From assembly GCA_963705305.1 (NCBI GenBank), contig OY970067.1, positions 3,136,001 through 3,200,000 of the forward strand: a DNA stretch of 64,000 bases. The letters are read 5' to 3'. Source of the DNA: an uncultured Methylomirabilota bacterium (GTDB taxonomy: Bacteria; Methylomirabilota; Methylomirabilia; Methylomirabilales; 2-02-FULL-66-22). Positions 20,003 through 30,087 of this stretch are shown in pieces. The notes under the pieces were generated by a model. That model saw only the letters and a program-made list of their open reading frames with translations. It was not told the DNA's origin and did not search any database. Within the stretch, counting starts at the first letter, position 1; every line of letters starts with the position of its first letter. The translations under genes were made by a program, and so were the position numbers.

Positions 20003-20367
20003 GCGATCGTGACCTGCCTCCTCCAGAAAATGGACCCGTTGCTACCTAGTGTTTGCAGTAAATGCAACTAGCCGTTCCATTCCTAACCGGCGTGAACGGT
20101 CTCATCCCCCGTGTCCCCGCAAGTGGGGATCCTCGGTTGGGAGCATCAGGTGAACGCCGAGCGATGCGGCGCCCACCTGCGCTCCCTTGAGTCCGCCTCT
20201 TGGTGTCATGGCTGCCTATGGCAGTGGGCCCCGCCGGAGGGACTCGCACCCTCGTGGGTCTCTCGGGCGGGCACTTCGAGCCACGCTCATGCAGATCGGT
20301 CCGAGGTCACGGACGCCATTGTACGGGTCAAGCAGCGCCAGGAACTCAGCGGTCAAGAGAGAGTGGC

Positions 20368-20890
20368 TCACGAGCTCGCACCAGTGCTGGACAGCCCTCC
20401 GAGACTTCCGGGGCGTCGGAGGGGCCAACTCGCACCAGTTCTCTTCTGTTGCGAGTTGTGGAGGAGCTGGGTGAGGGCGTTGGCCGCCCGCAGCTTGTCC
20501 TCCTTGGTGACCCTGGCGTCGATCGTGGTCGTCTTGATGCTCGCGTGCACCACTTACTCCTGGACGACCGCCAGGTCGTTCCCGCTGGCCCGGTCCAGGT
20601 GCGTCGCATAGGTGTGGCGACACGAATGGGTGGCGTACCGCGGATCCAGCCCCACGGCCGCCATGAGGCCTTTCACCACCCGCCAGACCCCATTCCGGGT
20701 GAGGGGCCCCCGCTGGCCGAGGAAGACCGGGGCCTCCTCGGACACATTCTCCCCAAGGTCCCGCTTCCAGGTCAGGAAGGCTTTCAGGTGCGTCTTGAGG
20801 TCCGGGGGGATGAAGACCTCCCGCTGCTTGTTCCCCTTGCCCTGGCGGACCGCCAGTGAGGCCTGGCCGTAGCCCAGGAGGCAGTCCCGG
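20368..20890 (-). pseudogene. XerC/D-like tyrosine recombinase, C-terminal half, with internal stop
   Basis: RDCLL...VRQGKGNKQREV...HSCRHTYAT...VVQE*VVHASIKTTTIDA. Confidence 0.8.
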
Positions 20891-20893
20891 AGT

Positions 20894-21154
20894 TGTCAAG
20901 GGGACGTGTCAAGGGGACGTTGCATTATCTGTCATATCTTGCCTTCCCCGGACCACTTCTCCCGAGGAGGGGAGGGACTCGGATGGCGCGCACGGCCGGG
21001 TCTAGCCCATCATGCCTGCATCCTGCGGATTTCCCACCCCCCCTCCCTTGCCCTAACCCGCGGGCTTCCCCTATTGCCCCCGCTGGCCAGAAACGCAGAA
21101 GATTATACAAATAATGCTACGTCCCGTATTTCCTTGCTACGTCCCGTATTTCCT
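20894..21154. mobile_element. MITE-like element with inverted ends and tandemly duplicated termini
   Basis: Inverted repeat AAGGGGACGTTGCATTAT (20911-20928) / ATAATGCTACGTCCC (21111-21125); TGTCAAGGGGACG twice (20894-20919); TGCTACGTCCCGTATTTCCT twice (21115-21154). Confidence 0.55.
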
Positions 21155-21298
21155 GCTCCGGAGCCACGCCGTCGCCGGGAGGGGGGCGGTGGCCTGGACG
21201 AGGGCGGCCTCCAGGGTGGCGATCCGCTGCTGCACGGCGGCACATCGGGCGGCGAGGTCCACCACCTCGGCCGCGGGCCCGGGGGCGGCCCCGGCCAG

Positions 21299-21928
21299 TC
21301 ACACGCGCCCCTCTTTCCCCCGGCGCTGCAGGGCACGGTACCCCAGGTACAGCAGGCCCAGCAGGGCCGCCCCGAGCAGGAGGGACTGCTGCGCCTTGGC
21401 CGCCGCGCGCCAGATCGGCTCCACGTAGCCCCCCAGTCCGACCCCCACGGCATAGCCCATCCCGACCATGATCGGCACGTACACCAGCGCGCCGCACGCG
21501 TTGGCCATGAGGAAGGAGTGCCAGCGGAGATCCAAGCTCCCCGCCAGGGGGCCGGCCAGGAAGCGGAACCCGATGACGAACCGCGCCAGAAACACGGCGC
21601 CTGGCCCGTAGCGCTGGACGAAGTGGTGCATCGTGGCGAGGCGGGGTGGCGTGAGGCGCGCCCAGAGTCCGTAGCGCGCGACGACGGGCTGCCCGTACCG
21701 GCGGCCGACCCAGTAGCCGAGACTATCCCCGGCCACGGCGCTCACGATCCCGGCCAGGAGGACCAGCGGGAGCTGGAACCCGCCCTGCCACACCAGGTAG
21801 CCCGCCACCCAGAGCACCGACTCCTCCGGGACGGGGAGCCCGAGGTTGCCGAGCAGGACAAACACCAGCAGCCCGAGGTAGCCCCATTGGCTCATCAGGC
21901 CCTGGAGACTTTCCACGGTAGCATGCAA
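21299..21928 (-). CDS. DedA family membrane protein
   Basis: GLPVPEE, GDSLGYWVGRRYG and FLARFVIGFR motifs. Confidence 0.9.
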   Translation of the reverse strand: MHATVESLQGLMSQWGYLGLLVFVLLGNLGLPVPEESVLWVAGYLVWQGGFQLPLVLLAGIVSAVAGDSLGYWVGRRYGQPVVARYGLWARLTPPRLATMHHFVQRYGPGAVFLARFVIGFRFLAGPLAGSLDLRWHSFLMANACGALVYVPIMVGMGYAVGVGLGGYVEPIWRAAAKAQQSLLLGAALLGLLYLGYRALQRRGKEGRV

Positions 21929-22051
21929 CGGGGAGCCTCACGCAGCCCGCGACAGGGCCGCGGCTCGGGGTACGGGGGCGCACGCAGCGCACACGGACGG
22001 ACTGAGGAGGAGTTTCGCATGCCAGGGGTGAAGATGTAAAGCCCATCGACT

Positions 22052-23577
22052 CCCCCCTAATCTCCGGCTAAGAAGTTGAGGGGGATCGCGAATCACGCAG
22101 CGGCCCGCAGTGCGCGCGGCCCGCGGGGTTGGCATCGGCCTTGCTTGGTTTCACCCAGTGGGTGCAAACACCACAAGGAGGAGAGCGATGCCCGACACCT
22201 CGCCCCGGTTGCCGTTCGAGATCGATGACGCGATCGACCCCACGCTGGTCACGGGCCGGGCCGGGGTCCCGCTCGTGATCGAGCTGTTCCGCCAGCTCGG
22301 GGTGGCCCAGGCCGTCGACACCCACGTTGCGGTCAAGCAGCGGCAGCGCGGATTACCCCCCTCGCAGCTCGTGGAGAGTCTCGTCGCGTTGTGGACGAGC
22401 GGCGGGGACCGCTGCCAGGACCTCACGACGCTCCGGGAGGATCAGGCCCTGGCCACGCTGCTCGGCTACCCCCTGCCGGCCGCGACCACGGTCCGGGACT
22501 TCCTCGAGGCCTTCCACGTGGAGGACGGGCCGCTCTGGGTGGCCGGGCCCGCGGCCACGGTCCCCCTGGAGTCCGCCCCCTTGGCGGGCCTCGGACAGGC
22601 GAACCGGACGCTGGTCGCGGGCGTCCAGCGCGGGGCCCGGGCGGCGACGGCCACCCTGGATGTGGACGCGACGCTCGTCGAGAGCCACAAGGACGCGGCG
22701 ACCGTGGCCTACGACGGGACCCGGGGCTACCAGCCCGTCGTGGTCCTCTGGGCCGAGCACGATGTCATCGTGCACGACCAGTTCCGCGATGGCCAGGTGC
22801 CCGCCGGGTGCGGCAACGTGCGCGTCCTCGAACAGGCGGTGGCCAACTTGCCCCAGGGCGTGGACCGCATCTCCCTGCGGGCCGACAGCGCCCTCTACGA
22901 GACGGAGGTCCTCCGCTGGTGCGAGGAGAAGAAAATCGCCTACGCGATTAGCGCCGATATGTCCGCGCAGCTCCAGGCCGAGATCCGGCGCCTCCCCGCG
23001 GCCGCCTGGCAGCTCGAGCGGGAGGAGCCCGAGGCGATCCGGGCCTGGGCCGAAGTCCCCTACGTCCCCGAGGATGGCGATCACCGGAAGGCGCGGCCGT
23101 GCGTTCGCCGCTACCTCGCGGTGCGTATCCAGCGACGCCAGGGGAGCCTCTTCGCCGACGGGAGTAGCGTGCAGTACTTCGCCGTGGTCACCAATCGGCC
23201 GGAGGATGGGCTCACGATCCTCCGGTGGCACCGGGAGAAAGCAGGGACCATCGAGCACACCCATCACGTCCTCAAGACCGAGCTGGCGGCCGCCGCGCTG
23301 CCCAGTGGGAAGTTCGGGGCGAACGCCGCCTGGTTCCGGCTGAACGTGCTCACCTACAACCTGCTCACCGCGCTCAAGCGGTTGACCTTACCCGGAGATC
23401 TCCGGACCGCCCGGCCGAAGCGTCTCCGGTTCCTGCTGTTCAACACCGTCGGGAAGGTCGTCGCGCATGCCCGACGGACGCTCTTGCGGCTCTCGGGCGC
23501 CCTGCAGCACGCCTTGCTCGTCCGGGCGCGGCGCAAGATCGCCCGGCTGGCCACCGCTTAGCCGGAGATTAGGGGGG
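22052..23577 (+). mobile_element. IS1380-family insertion sequence
   Basis: Perfect 21-bp inverted repeat CCCCCCTAATCTCCGGCTAAG (22052-22072 and 23557-23577); exact ends within the C/G runs are uncertain. Confidence 0.88.
22188..23561 (+). CDS. IS1380-family transposase
   Basis: TLDVDAT, GYQP, LRADSA, IEH..K and PSGKFGANAAW...YNL motifs; RBS AAGGAG. Confidence 0.92.
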   Translation: MPDTSPRLPFEIDDAIDPTLVTGRAGVPLVIELFRQLGVAQAVDTHVAVKQRQRGLPPSQLVESLVALWTSGGDRCQDLTTLREDQALATLLGYPLPAATTVRDFLEAFHVEDGPLWVAGPAATVPLESAPLAGLGQANRTLVAGVQRGARAATATLDVDATLVESHKDAATVAYDGTRGYQPVVVLWAEHDVIVHDQFRDGQVPAGCGNVRVLEQAVANLPQGVDRISLRADSALYETEVLRWCEEKKIAYAISADMSAQLQAEIRRLPAAAWQLEREEPEAIRAWAEVPYVPEDGDHRKARPCVRRYLAVRIQRRQGSLFADGSSVQYFAVVTNRPEDGLTILRWHREKAGTIEHTHHVLKTELAAAALPSGKFGANAAWFRLNVLTYNLLTALKRLTLPGDLRTARPKRLRFLLFNTVGKVVAHARRTLLRLSGALQHALLVRARRKIARLATA

Positions 23578-24169
23578 CCCCTTGGGGGGCGCTCCCCCTT
23601 GCAGGCGAACATCAACTCCTTGGTTCAGTTCGCGCCCGCAGCATGATGTGCACCGGTATGCGAGTTGGTGCCGGGAGAGCGGACTCATAATGGAGCGAGC
23701 CGTCCGGTCCACCACCGGTAGGTACTGGAAGGAGATCGGCATCAGCTAGCCTAATCGGATAGCCTGTGCCTCTTGGCACGTAGGCGAGACCCTTGCGGGG
23801 CACAAGGGGCTGGAGGCGGGCCTACGGCGATCCCTACACGGGCGCGAAGCCGGAACCGGTGGATACGGCCAGAGGGGCGCCTCCGGGAACCGCGCCAGTT
23901 CTCGATCCTACCTGGTTGCGAGGTCCCGCTTGACCCACCACTCCTCGAGTGGTAGCGTCCCCCTCAACGCCGGGTTTCCCGTGCTCGTTGTCCCTGGCTG
24001 GGCCGTCTCGGCGGTCATCTGTTCCCTGGGATCCGCCACTCCCGGCCGCCCTCGGATCGGGTTGATCATCGAGTGATTTTCCAACCAGCGGATTGTGGGG
24101 CTCTGGCCGCTCGTCGCTCAGGTGCCGAACCCGCGTACGACACGCAGGCTGCCGGGCATTCCGTAAGGA

Positions 24170-24381
24170 CTATCGGATACCCGGCGGTCACGTGCACGGT
24201 TCCCGGGACCGCACAAGTCAAGTACGCCGCCTGGACTCTCGGCGCCGCACGCGGTCGATTGCCGAGCGCGGAGATGAGGGCGCGAATGGAACGGGTGATC
24301 CACAGCGTGGAAGAGAGCCTAAGCCCTGAGCCCCTATCCCTGACCCCTGAGTTCCGCGCCTACACGGATTCCCGTCCATGA
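24170..24381 (+). pseudogene. C-terminal remnant of an aldo/keto reductase
   Basis: PAVTCTVPGTAQVKY...LGAARGRLPSAEMRARME resembles an AKR C-terminus; no N-terminal part seen; stop overlaps the next start. Confidence 0.55.
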
Positions 24382-25688
24382 CCCGATCCCATGTGTCGCC
24401 GCTCGCCCGGCTCTTGACGTCCGCCGCCGCCATCGAACCCTACGAGATGAAGGCGGTGGTCCTCTCGTTCATCTATTTCGCCTGCTTGATGGCCAGCTAC
24501 TTCGTCCTGCGGCCGGTGCGGGACGCCATGGGCACCGTCTACGGTATGCGCCATCTGCAGGAGCTGTTCACCGGCACGTTCGTGGTCAGCTTCCTGCTCG
24601 CGCCGGTGTACGCCGGGCTGACCTCGCGGGTCAAGCTGTCGAACTTCCTCCCGTGGGTCTATGGCGTCATCGCGCTCACGATGCTGGTCTTCTACGCGCT
24701 GTTCGCGCGCGTGGCGCACGACCGGTGGGTGGCCGCCGCCTTCTTCGTCTGGGTCAGCACCTTCAACGTCCTGACAATCTCGGTCTTCTGGAGCCTCATG
24801 GCTGACACGTTTTCGCGCACCCAGGCCAAGCGGCTGTTCGGCGTCATCGCGGCGGGAGGCACCCTCGGGACCGTGGCGGGCCCGGCGGTCACGACGCTCT
24901 TCGTGAACCTGGTGGGGACGAACACGCTGCTCGTGATCTCGGCGGCCGGCTTCGTCGTAACGGCGTGGCTGGTGCGCCTGCTCGAGCGAGAAAAGCAGAA
25001 GCTGCGTGCGAGGGGCGATGCGCAGGAGACGACGCTCGATCGCACGCTGGCGGGGAATCCGTTCGACGGCTTCAGCCTGCTGGTCAAATCGCGGTACCTG
25101 CTGCTGCTCTCGCTGTTCCTCCTCTTGATGACCTGGATCTCCACGATCGTCTACTTCCAGCTGGGAGCCTTGATTTCGGACGCGTTCGCCAGCCGCGAGG
25201 CGCGCACCCAGGCCTTTGCGGCCATCGACCTCGTCGTGAACGGCGCCGCCTTTTTCATCCAGCTGTTCGGAACGGGCCGGATCATCCGCCGGTACGGGGT
25301 GACCGCGGGCTTGCTGCTGAACCCGGTCATCATGGTCATCGCGTTCCTGTCCATCGCGTTCTCACCCGTGCTGATGGTGCTCGCGGTGATGCAGGTATCC
25401 CGGCGCGTGGCCGAATACGCGGTCGCGAAGCCGACACGCGAGATGCTGTTCACGGTCGTCGATCAGGAAAGCAAATACAAGGCGAAGAACGTGATCGATA
25501 CGGTCGTCTACCGGTTCGGTGATGTCAGCTCGGCCTGGTTCAGCGCGGCCGTGCTCCCGTACGGCGTGGCCGGGCTCGCCATCTCCGGCATCGTCGTCTC
25601 AGCGATCTGGTTCCCGATCGCCCTGATGCTGGGGAGACAATACGAGCACGTCCGCAGCGGAGAGCTCGTGGGTAGCGCGGCGACGTAG
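24378..25688 (+). CDS. MFS transporter of the Npt/TLC (ATP/ADP translocase-like) family
   Basis: YFVLRPVRDAMG, SVFWSLMAD, QAKRLFG, KPTREMLFTVV and KYKAKNVIDTVVYRFGD; about 12 TM segments. Confidence 0.85.
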   Translation: MTRSHVSPLARLLTSAAAIEPYEMKAVVLSFIYFACLMASYFVLRPVRDAMGTVYGMRHLQELFTGTFVVSFLLAPVYAGLTSRVKLSNFLPWVYGVIALTMLVFYALFARVAHDRWVAAAFFVWVSTFNVLTISVFWSLMADTFSRTQAKRLFGVIAAGGTLGTVAGPAVTTLFVNLVGTNTLLVISAAGFVVTAWLVRLLEREKQKLRARGDAQETTLDRTLAGNPFDGFSLLVKSRYLLLLSLFLLLMTWISTIVYFQLGALISDAFASREARTQAFAAIDLVVNGAAFFIQLFGTGRIIRRYGVTAGLLLNPVIMVIAFLSIAFSPVLMVLAVMQVSRRVAEYAVAKPTREMLFTVVDQESKYKAKNVIDTVVYRFGDVSSAWFSAAVLPYGVAGLAISGIVVSAIWFPIALMLGRQYEHVRSGELVGSAAT

Positions 25689-25883
25689 GAGCGCCACCGG
25701 CACGGCGGAGGTCTTGTGCCGACCGTCGTGGGCGCCAGGCCCGGTCAGTATCTCAGCTTCGGATTTCCCGGCGACTGCATCTTCTCACCCGCGGCGCCGT
25801 GGCATATGCATGGATGGTGCTCCTTGGACGCCGCGTGACCCCCGGGGACCCGCAGGAGCCCAACGCCTGGAGCCCGCAGTCCG

Positions 25884-27032
25884 CTAGTACCCCCGCTCCG
25901 GGTCCACCACCGACAGCATCTTGTCGCCCGCCACGTACCGGCGGACGTTCTCCTTCACCACCGCGTCCAGGCGCTCCCGCGGGACGTTGGCGCGGCCCGC
26001 GACGTGGGGGGTGATGAGGACGTGGGGGGCGCGGAAGAGCGGATGGCCGTCCGGGAGCGGCTCCGGGTCGGTGACGTCGAGGCCGGCGCCCGCCAGTTTC
26101 CTGCTCGTGAGCGCCTCGATCAGGTCGGCCGTGACGACGCTCTTGCCCCGGGCGACATTGATGAAGAGCGCGGTCGGCTTCAGGACGGCGAAGAACGTCG
26201 CGTTGAACAGCCCGGTGGTTTCGGCGGTCAACGGCGTCGCATTCACGATGACGTCCGCGGCCCGCGCGAGCGGCAGCAGCTCGCCGGGCAGCCCGACGTA
26301 GCTCACGAACTCGGGCCCCTCGTGCCCGCTGTGCCGCGTCGCGAGCACCCGCATCCCCAGCGCGTGCGCCCGTTGCGCCACCTCGGTGCCGATCCCGCCC
26401 AACCCGACCACGAGCAGCGTCTTGCCGGCGAGCACTTCCAGGCCGGCGGCCGGCGCGGCGGCCCGCGCCCAGTGCCCCGCCGCCTGCGCGGGCAGCCACA
26501 CGGGGAGGCCCCGGCTGAGCCCGAACATCAGGGCCAGCACGTGCTCGGCGATGATCGGGGCCTGGACATGCTGCGCGTTGGTCAGGAGGATCTTCCGCTG
26601 GCGCAGCTCCGGGCGCGCGACGCACCCCTCGACGCCGGCGCCGCCGGTCTGGAGCCAGAACAGGTGCGGCGCGGCGGCCAGGACGGCCGGATCGCACGCG
26701 CCGATGTAGGCGTCGGCGTCCGCCACCGCGGCGAGCGTCTCCGCGCGATCCTCCGCCAGCACGATCTGGACGCCCGGCGCAGCGGCCCGCAGCTCCGCGA
26801 TGCTGGCCCCGAGCCCCAGGGCGGCGCTGACGACGATCTTTCTCGGCGGCTTCCAGCCCGGCACCTGGCGGACCGGCGTGCTCGCCTCAATGAGCCGCAG
26901 GTCCGACAGCACCGCGTGTTCCGAGGGCGCCGCCGGCTCCGCCGCCTGCGCCACCCCCATCGCGCCCGACACGACAACTATGATCGCAGCCGCGAGCGCC
27001 CACCCTCCAGCCGCCACACGTGATCGATCCAT
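25884..27032 (-). CDS. D-2-hydroxyacid dehydrogenase with N-terminal signal peptide
   Basis: GLGGIG Rossmann motif, INVARG, GAGLDVTDPEP, TPHVAG; hydrophobic leader ending AQA; RBS GGAGG. Confidence 0.88.
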   Translation of the reverse strand: MDRSRVAAGGWALAAAIIVVVSGAMGVAQAAEPAAPSEHAVLSDLRLIEASTPVRQVPGWKPPRKIVVSAALGLGASIAELRAAAPGVQIVLAEDRAETLAAVADADAYIGACDPAVLAAAPHLFWLQTGGAGVEGCVARPELRQRKILLTNAQHVQAPIIAEHVLALMFGLSRGLPVWLPAQAAGHWARAAAPAAGLEVLAGKTLLVVGLGGIGTEVAQRAHALGMRVLATRHSGHEGPEFVSYVGLPGELLPLARAADVIVNATPLTAETTGLFNATFFAVLKPTALFINVARGKSVVTADLIEALTSRKLAGAGLDVTDPEPLPDGHPLFRAPHVLITPHVAGRANVPRERLDAVVKENVRRYVAGDKMLSVVDPERGY

Positions 27033-27224
27033 CGATGTCCTCCAGGCCTTCGGAGACACAAGGCCACGCGGATCCCACCTACGACGACCGGGATGTCTCC
27101 ATTTGCAGGAGAGATGACCCGTCCAAGCGTCGGAGAAACTCCCGGTATATTCATAGAGGCCTCAGCGCGCAACAGATGTTTGACCGGACGCGGACTCGTG
27201 CCTTCCCGAAATGAGGGGTACGGC

Positions 27225-27400
27225 CGCGGCGACCTCGGAGGCGCGTAGGCCGGAGGACAGGAGCGTGTCGAGGAGCGCCCAGGACCGGACCGCCCCCGCA
27301 GTGCCCTTCTGGAGGGCCTGGGCAGCCCTAGATTCGGCGAACAGGCGGAGGCGGGTTTTCCTCCCGCGCGGTGAGGTAGCGGATCTCGTGCTGGACGGTA
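27225..27400 (-). pseudogene. XerC/D-like tyrosine recombinase, N-terminal catalytic piece
   Basis: RSWALLDTLLSSGLRASEVAA (box I Arg motif) ending abruptly; 5' boundary approximate. Confidence 0.7.
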
Positions 27401-27750
27401 GGCATGATCGCATCTCCTTGCATCGCATCTGGCCCAACCGCCGACGGCCGCGGGCCAGGGTGGAGATCATTCCCCGGGACCCCCGAAGTGGCTACGCCTC
27501 TATATAGCCACCCCGGGGGGATCGGTCGTCAGGCCACAGTACCGGCCAGGTGGAGCAGATGTGCGCCTGTCGATCCTGGCGATCGAGCCGGATCGTGATC
27601 TCCATCTCGTCCTGTGAGTTTCCACCGAAGTTCATCCGCTCTCCTTTTCCGGTTGCGCGGGGGTTGCGTCCCGTGCGATGAAATGCCGTCCTTTGCAACC
27701 CCACCCCCCTTAAGTTCTCGTATCTTATGGCCTCGCAAGGCACTTTCATC

Positions 27751-27779
27751 TTGACAAATGGCCACCCCCCGGGTAAGGT
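27751..27779 (+). promoter_or_regulatory. Sigma70 promoter of the ffh operon
   Basis: TTGACA-17 bp-TAAGGT. Confidence 0.65.
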
Positions 27780-27806
27780 CCAGTTTTGCCTTTCGAGGGG
27801 TTTTCG

Positions 27807-29147
27807 ATGTTTCAGGGGCTGAGCGACAGGCTCAACGAGATCTTCAAGCGCCTCCGCGGCTACGGCAGCCTCACCGAGGAGAATATCGGCGAGTCGCTCC
27901 GCGAAGTGCGCCTGGCCCTTCTGGAGGCGGATGTCAACTTCAAGGTTGTCCGCTCCTTCCTGGAGCGCGTGCGAGAGCGGGCCGTCGGGCGCGAGGTTCT
28001 CGAGAGCCTGACCCCCGGCCAGCAAGTTGTGAAGGTCGTCTACGAAGAGATGGCGGCGCTCATGGGCGGGGCGGCCAGCCGCCTGCTCACGGCCGGGGCC
28101 CCGCCGACCGTCATCATGCTGGTCGGGCTGCAGGGGTCGGGCAAGACCACCACGGCCGGCAAGCTGGCCAGGCATCTCCGCGAGCAGGGACAGCGTCCCC
28201 TGCTGGTGGCGGCCGACCTCCAGCGGCCGGCCGCGCAGGAACAGCTGGCGACCCTGGCCAAGACCCTGGGTATCGAGGTCTACCGGGATGCCGGAGCGGG
28301 CTCGCCGATGGCGGTCTGCCGTGAGGCCATGCGGCAGGCGCGGTCCCGGCTCCTGGATCCGGTGATCCTGGACACCGCCGGGCGCCTGCACGTGGACGAA
28401 CCGCTCATGCAGGAACTGGGGGCCGTCAAGGCCGAGGTGAAGCCGACGGAAATCCTGATGGTCGCCGACGCCATGACGGGCCAGGATGCGGTGAACTCCG
28501 CCACGGCCTTCAACCAGGCTCTGGGGATCACCGGCTACATCCTCACCAAGCTGGACGGGGATACGCGCGGCGGGGCGGCTCTCTCCATCCGGGCCGTCAC
28601 GGGGGCCCCCATCAAGTTCATCGGGGTCGGAGAGAAGCTGGACGCCCTGGAGGTGTTCCACCCGGACCGGATGGCCTCCAGGATCCTGGGCATGGGCAAC
28701 GTCCTGAGCCTGGTGGAGCGGGCCGAGCAGGTGGTGGATGCCCGGAAGGCCGCCGACCTCGAGAAGAAGATCAAGGCGCAGAGCTTCACCTTGGAGGACT
28801 TTCGGGACCAGCTTCGCCAGATCCGCGGCATGGGCTCGTTGGAGCAGCTGGTGGGAATGATTCCGGGCCTCTCCCGGATGAAAGGGCTGCCCGACGCCAC
28901 CGCCCAGGAGCGAGAGCTCAAGCGGGTCGAGGCCATCATCGATTCCATGACTCCCGGAGAGCGCCACCGCCCCGAGATCCTGAACGGCGGCCGGCGCAAG
29001 CGAATCGCCGACGGCTCGGGAACCAGCGTGACCGAGGTGAACCGGCTGCTCAAGCAGTTCGGCGAGATGCAGAAAATGATGCGGCAGCTCATGCAGGCGG
29101 GGAAGAAGGGACGCCTGCCGCGCAGCCTGCCGTTCTCCCTTCGTTAA
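27807..29147 (+). CDS. ffh: Signal recognition particle protein
   Basis: GLQGSGKTT, DTAGR, TKLDG and Met-rich M domain. Confidence 0.97.
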   Translation: MFQGLSDRLNEIFKRLRGYGSLTEENIGESLREVRLALLEADVNFKVVRSFLERVRERAVGREVLESLTPGQQVVKVVYEEMAALMGGAASRLLTAGAPPTVIMLVGLQGSGKTTTAGKLARHLREQGQRPLLVAADLQRPAAQEQLATLAKTLGIEVYRDAGAGSPMAVCREAMRQARSRLLDPVILDTAGRLHVDEPLMQELGAVKAEVKPTEILMVADAMTGQDAVNSATAFNQALGITGYILTKLDGDTRGGAALSIRAVTGAPIKFIGVGEKLDALEVFHPDRMASRILGMGNVLSLVERAEQVVDARKAADLEKKIKAQSFTLEDFRDQLRQIRGMGSLEQLVGMIPGLSRMKGLPDATAQERELKRVEAIIDSMTPGERHRPEILNGGRRKRIADGSGTSVTEVNRLLKQFGEMQKMMRQLMQAGKKGRLPRSLPFSLR

Positions 29148-29210
29148 CCCGAGTCCCGTCCCGCTCCCATGCCGGGGGCGGAGGCGTCCGACGATCCGCG
29201 AGGAGGATGC

Positions 29211-29492
29211 ATGGCAGTCAAGATTCGATTGCGGCGCATGGGCACCAAGAAGACGCCCTTCTATCGGGTGGTGGTGGCGGACGAGCGGGCGGCGCGGGAC
29301 GGGCGCTTCCTCGAGAGCCTGGGGACCTACGATCCGCTGAAACGGCCGCATGTGCTGAATATCAATGCCGACAAGGTGCTGCGCTGGCTGGAGAAGGGTG
29401 CGCAGCCCACCGATACGGTGCGGGCCCTGTTGGCCAAGGCCGGTGTCATGCGTCGGCGGGCCGAGGATCGCGCCAAGCCACCGGCGGCCTAG
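29211..29492 (+). CDS. rpsP: 30S ribosomal protein S16
   Basis: [23 protein letters not shown]. Confidence 0.97.
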   Translation: MAVKIRLRRMGTKKTPFYRVVVADERAARDGRFLESLGTYDPLKRPHVLNINADKVLRWLEKGAQPTDTVRALLAKAGVMRRRAEDRAKPPAA

Positions 29493-29538
29493 CGGCCCGG
29501 ACCTGTCGGGTCGCCGTCCGAGAAAGCCCGGGGTGCCC

Positions 29539-30087
29539 ATGCCGCGGCCGGAGTTCCTGGTGCTCGGGCGTGTGGTGAAGCCGCATGGGATCCGCGGCCT
29601 TGTGAAGGCGATCCTGTACGCGGAGAGCTGGGATCCTTTCTCCGCCATGGACGGGTGCTGGCTCGGACCTCCCGGGGGTCCCTATCGCCGCTTCGGGTTG
29701 GAGCGGGGAACGGGGCAGGGACAGGCGGTCCTCCTCAAGTTGGCCGGTGTGGACTCGCCCGAGACGGCGGCGGGTTTGGTCGGCTGCGAGATCGCCATCC
29801 CGCGCAGCCAGGCCCCTCCGCCCCCGGAGGGGAGCTTCTATCACTACGACATCCTGGGGCTCGAGGTGGTAGAAGACGGCACCCCGCTCGGATCCGTTCA
29901 GGAGATCATGGAGACGCCGGCCCACGATGTGTACGTGATCCGGGGTCCGCGGGGCGAATGGCTGCTGCCCGGCACGCGGGCGTATATTCGACGAATCGAT
30001 CTGGAGGCCGGTCGCATCGAGGTGGCGGCTGCGGCAGGCCTGTTGGCGGCGTCGGCGGAAGGGGACGAGGACGCTGAGTCAGTTTGA
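29539..30087 (+). CDS. rimM: 16S rRNA processing protein RimM
   Basis: GRVVKPHGIRG, FYHYDILG and AHDVYVI; operon context. Confidence 0.93.
   Translation: MPRPEFLVLGRVVKPHGIRGLVKAILYAESWDPFSAMDGCWLGPPGGPYRRFGLERGTGQGQAVLLKLAGVDSPETAAGLVGCEIAIPRSQAPPPPEGSFYHYDILGLEVVEDGTPLGSVQEIMETPAHDVYVIRGPRGEWLLPGTRAYIRRIDLEAGRIEVAAAAGLLAASAEGDEDAESV

Noticed and set aside
21115..21154. Possible CRISPR array
   Set aside because: Only two adjacent copies, no spacers and no cas genes; no CRISPR array seen anywhere in the window
23578..24160. Short ORFs or ncRNA after IS1380
   Set aside because: No recognisable protein or RNA motif
27500..27640. RBS followed by MNFGGNSQDEMEITIRLD on the minus strand
   Set aside because: Possibly a gene remnant of the decayed element, but too short to assign
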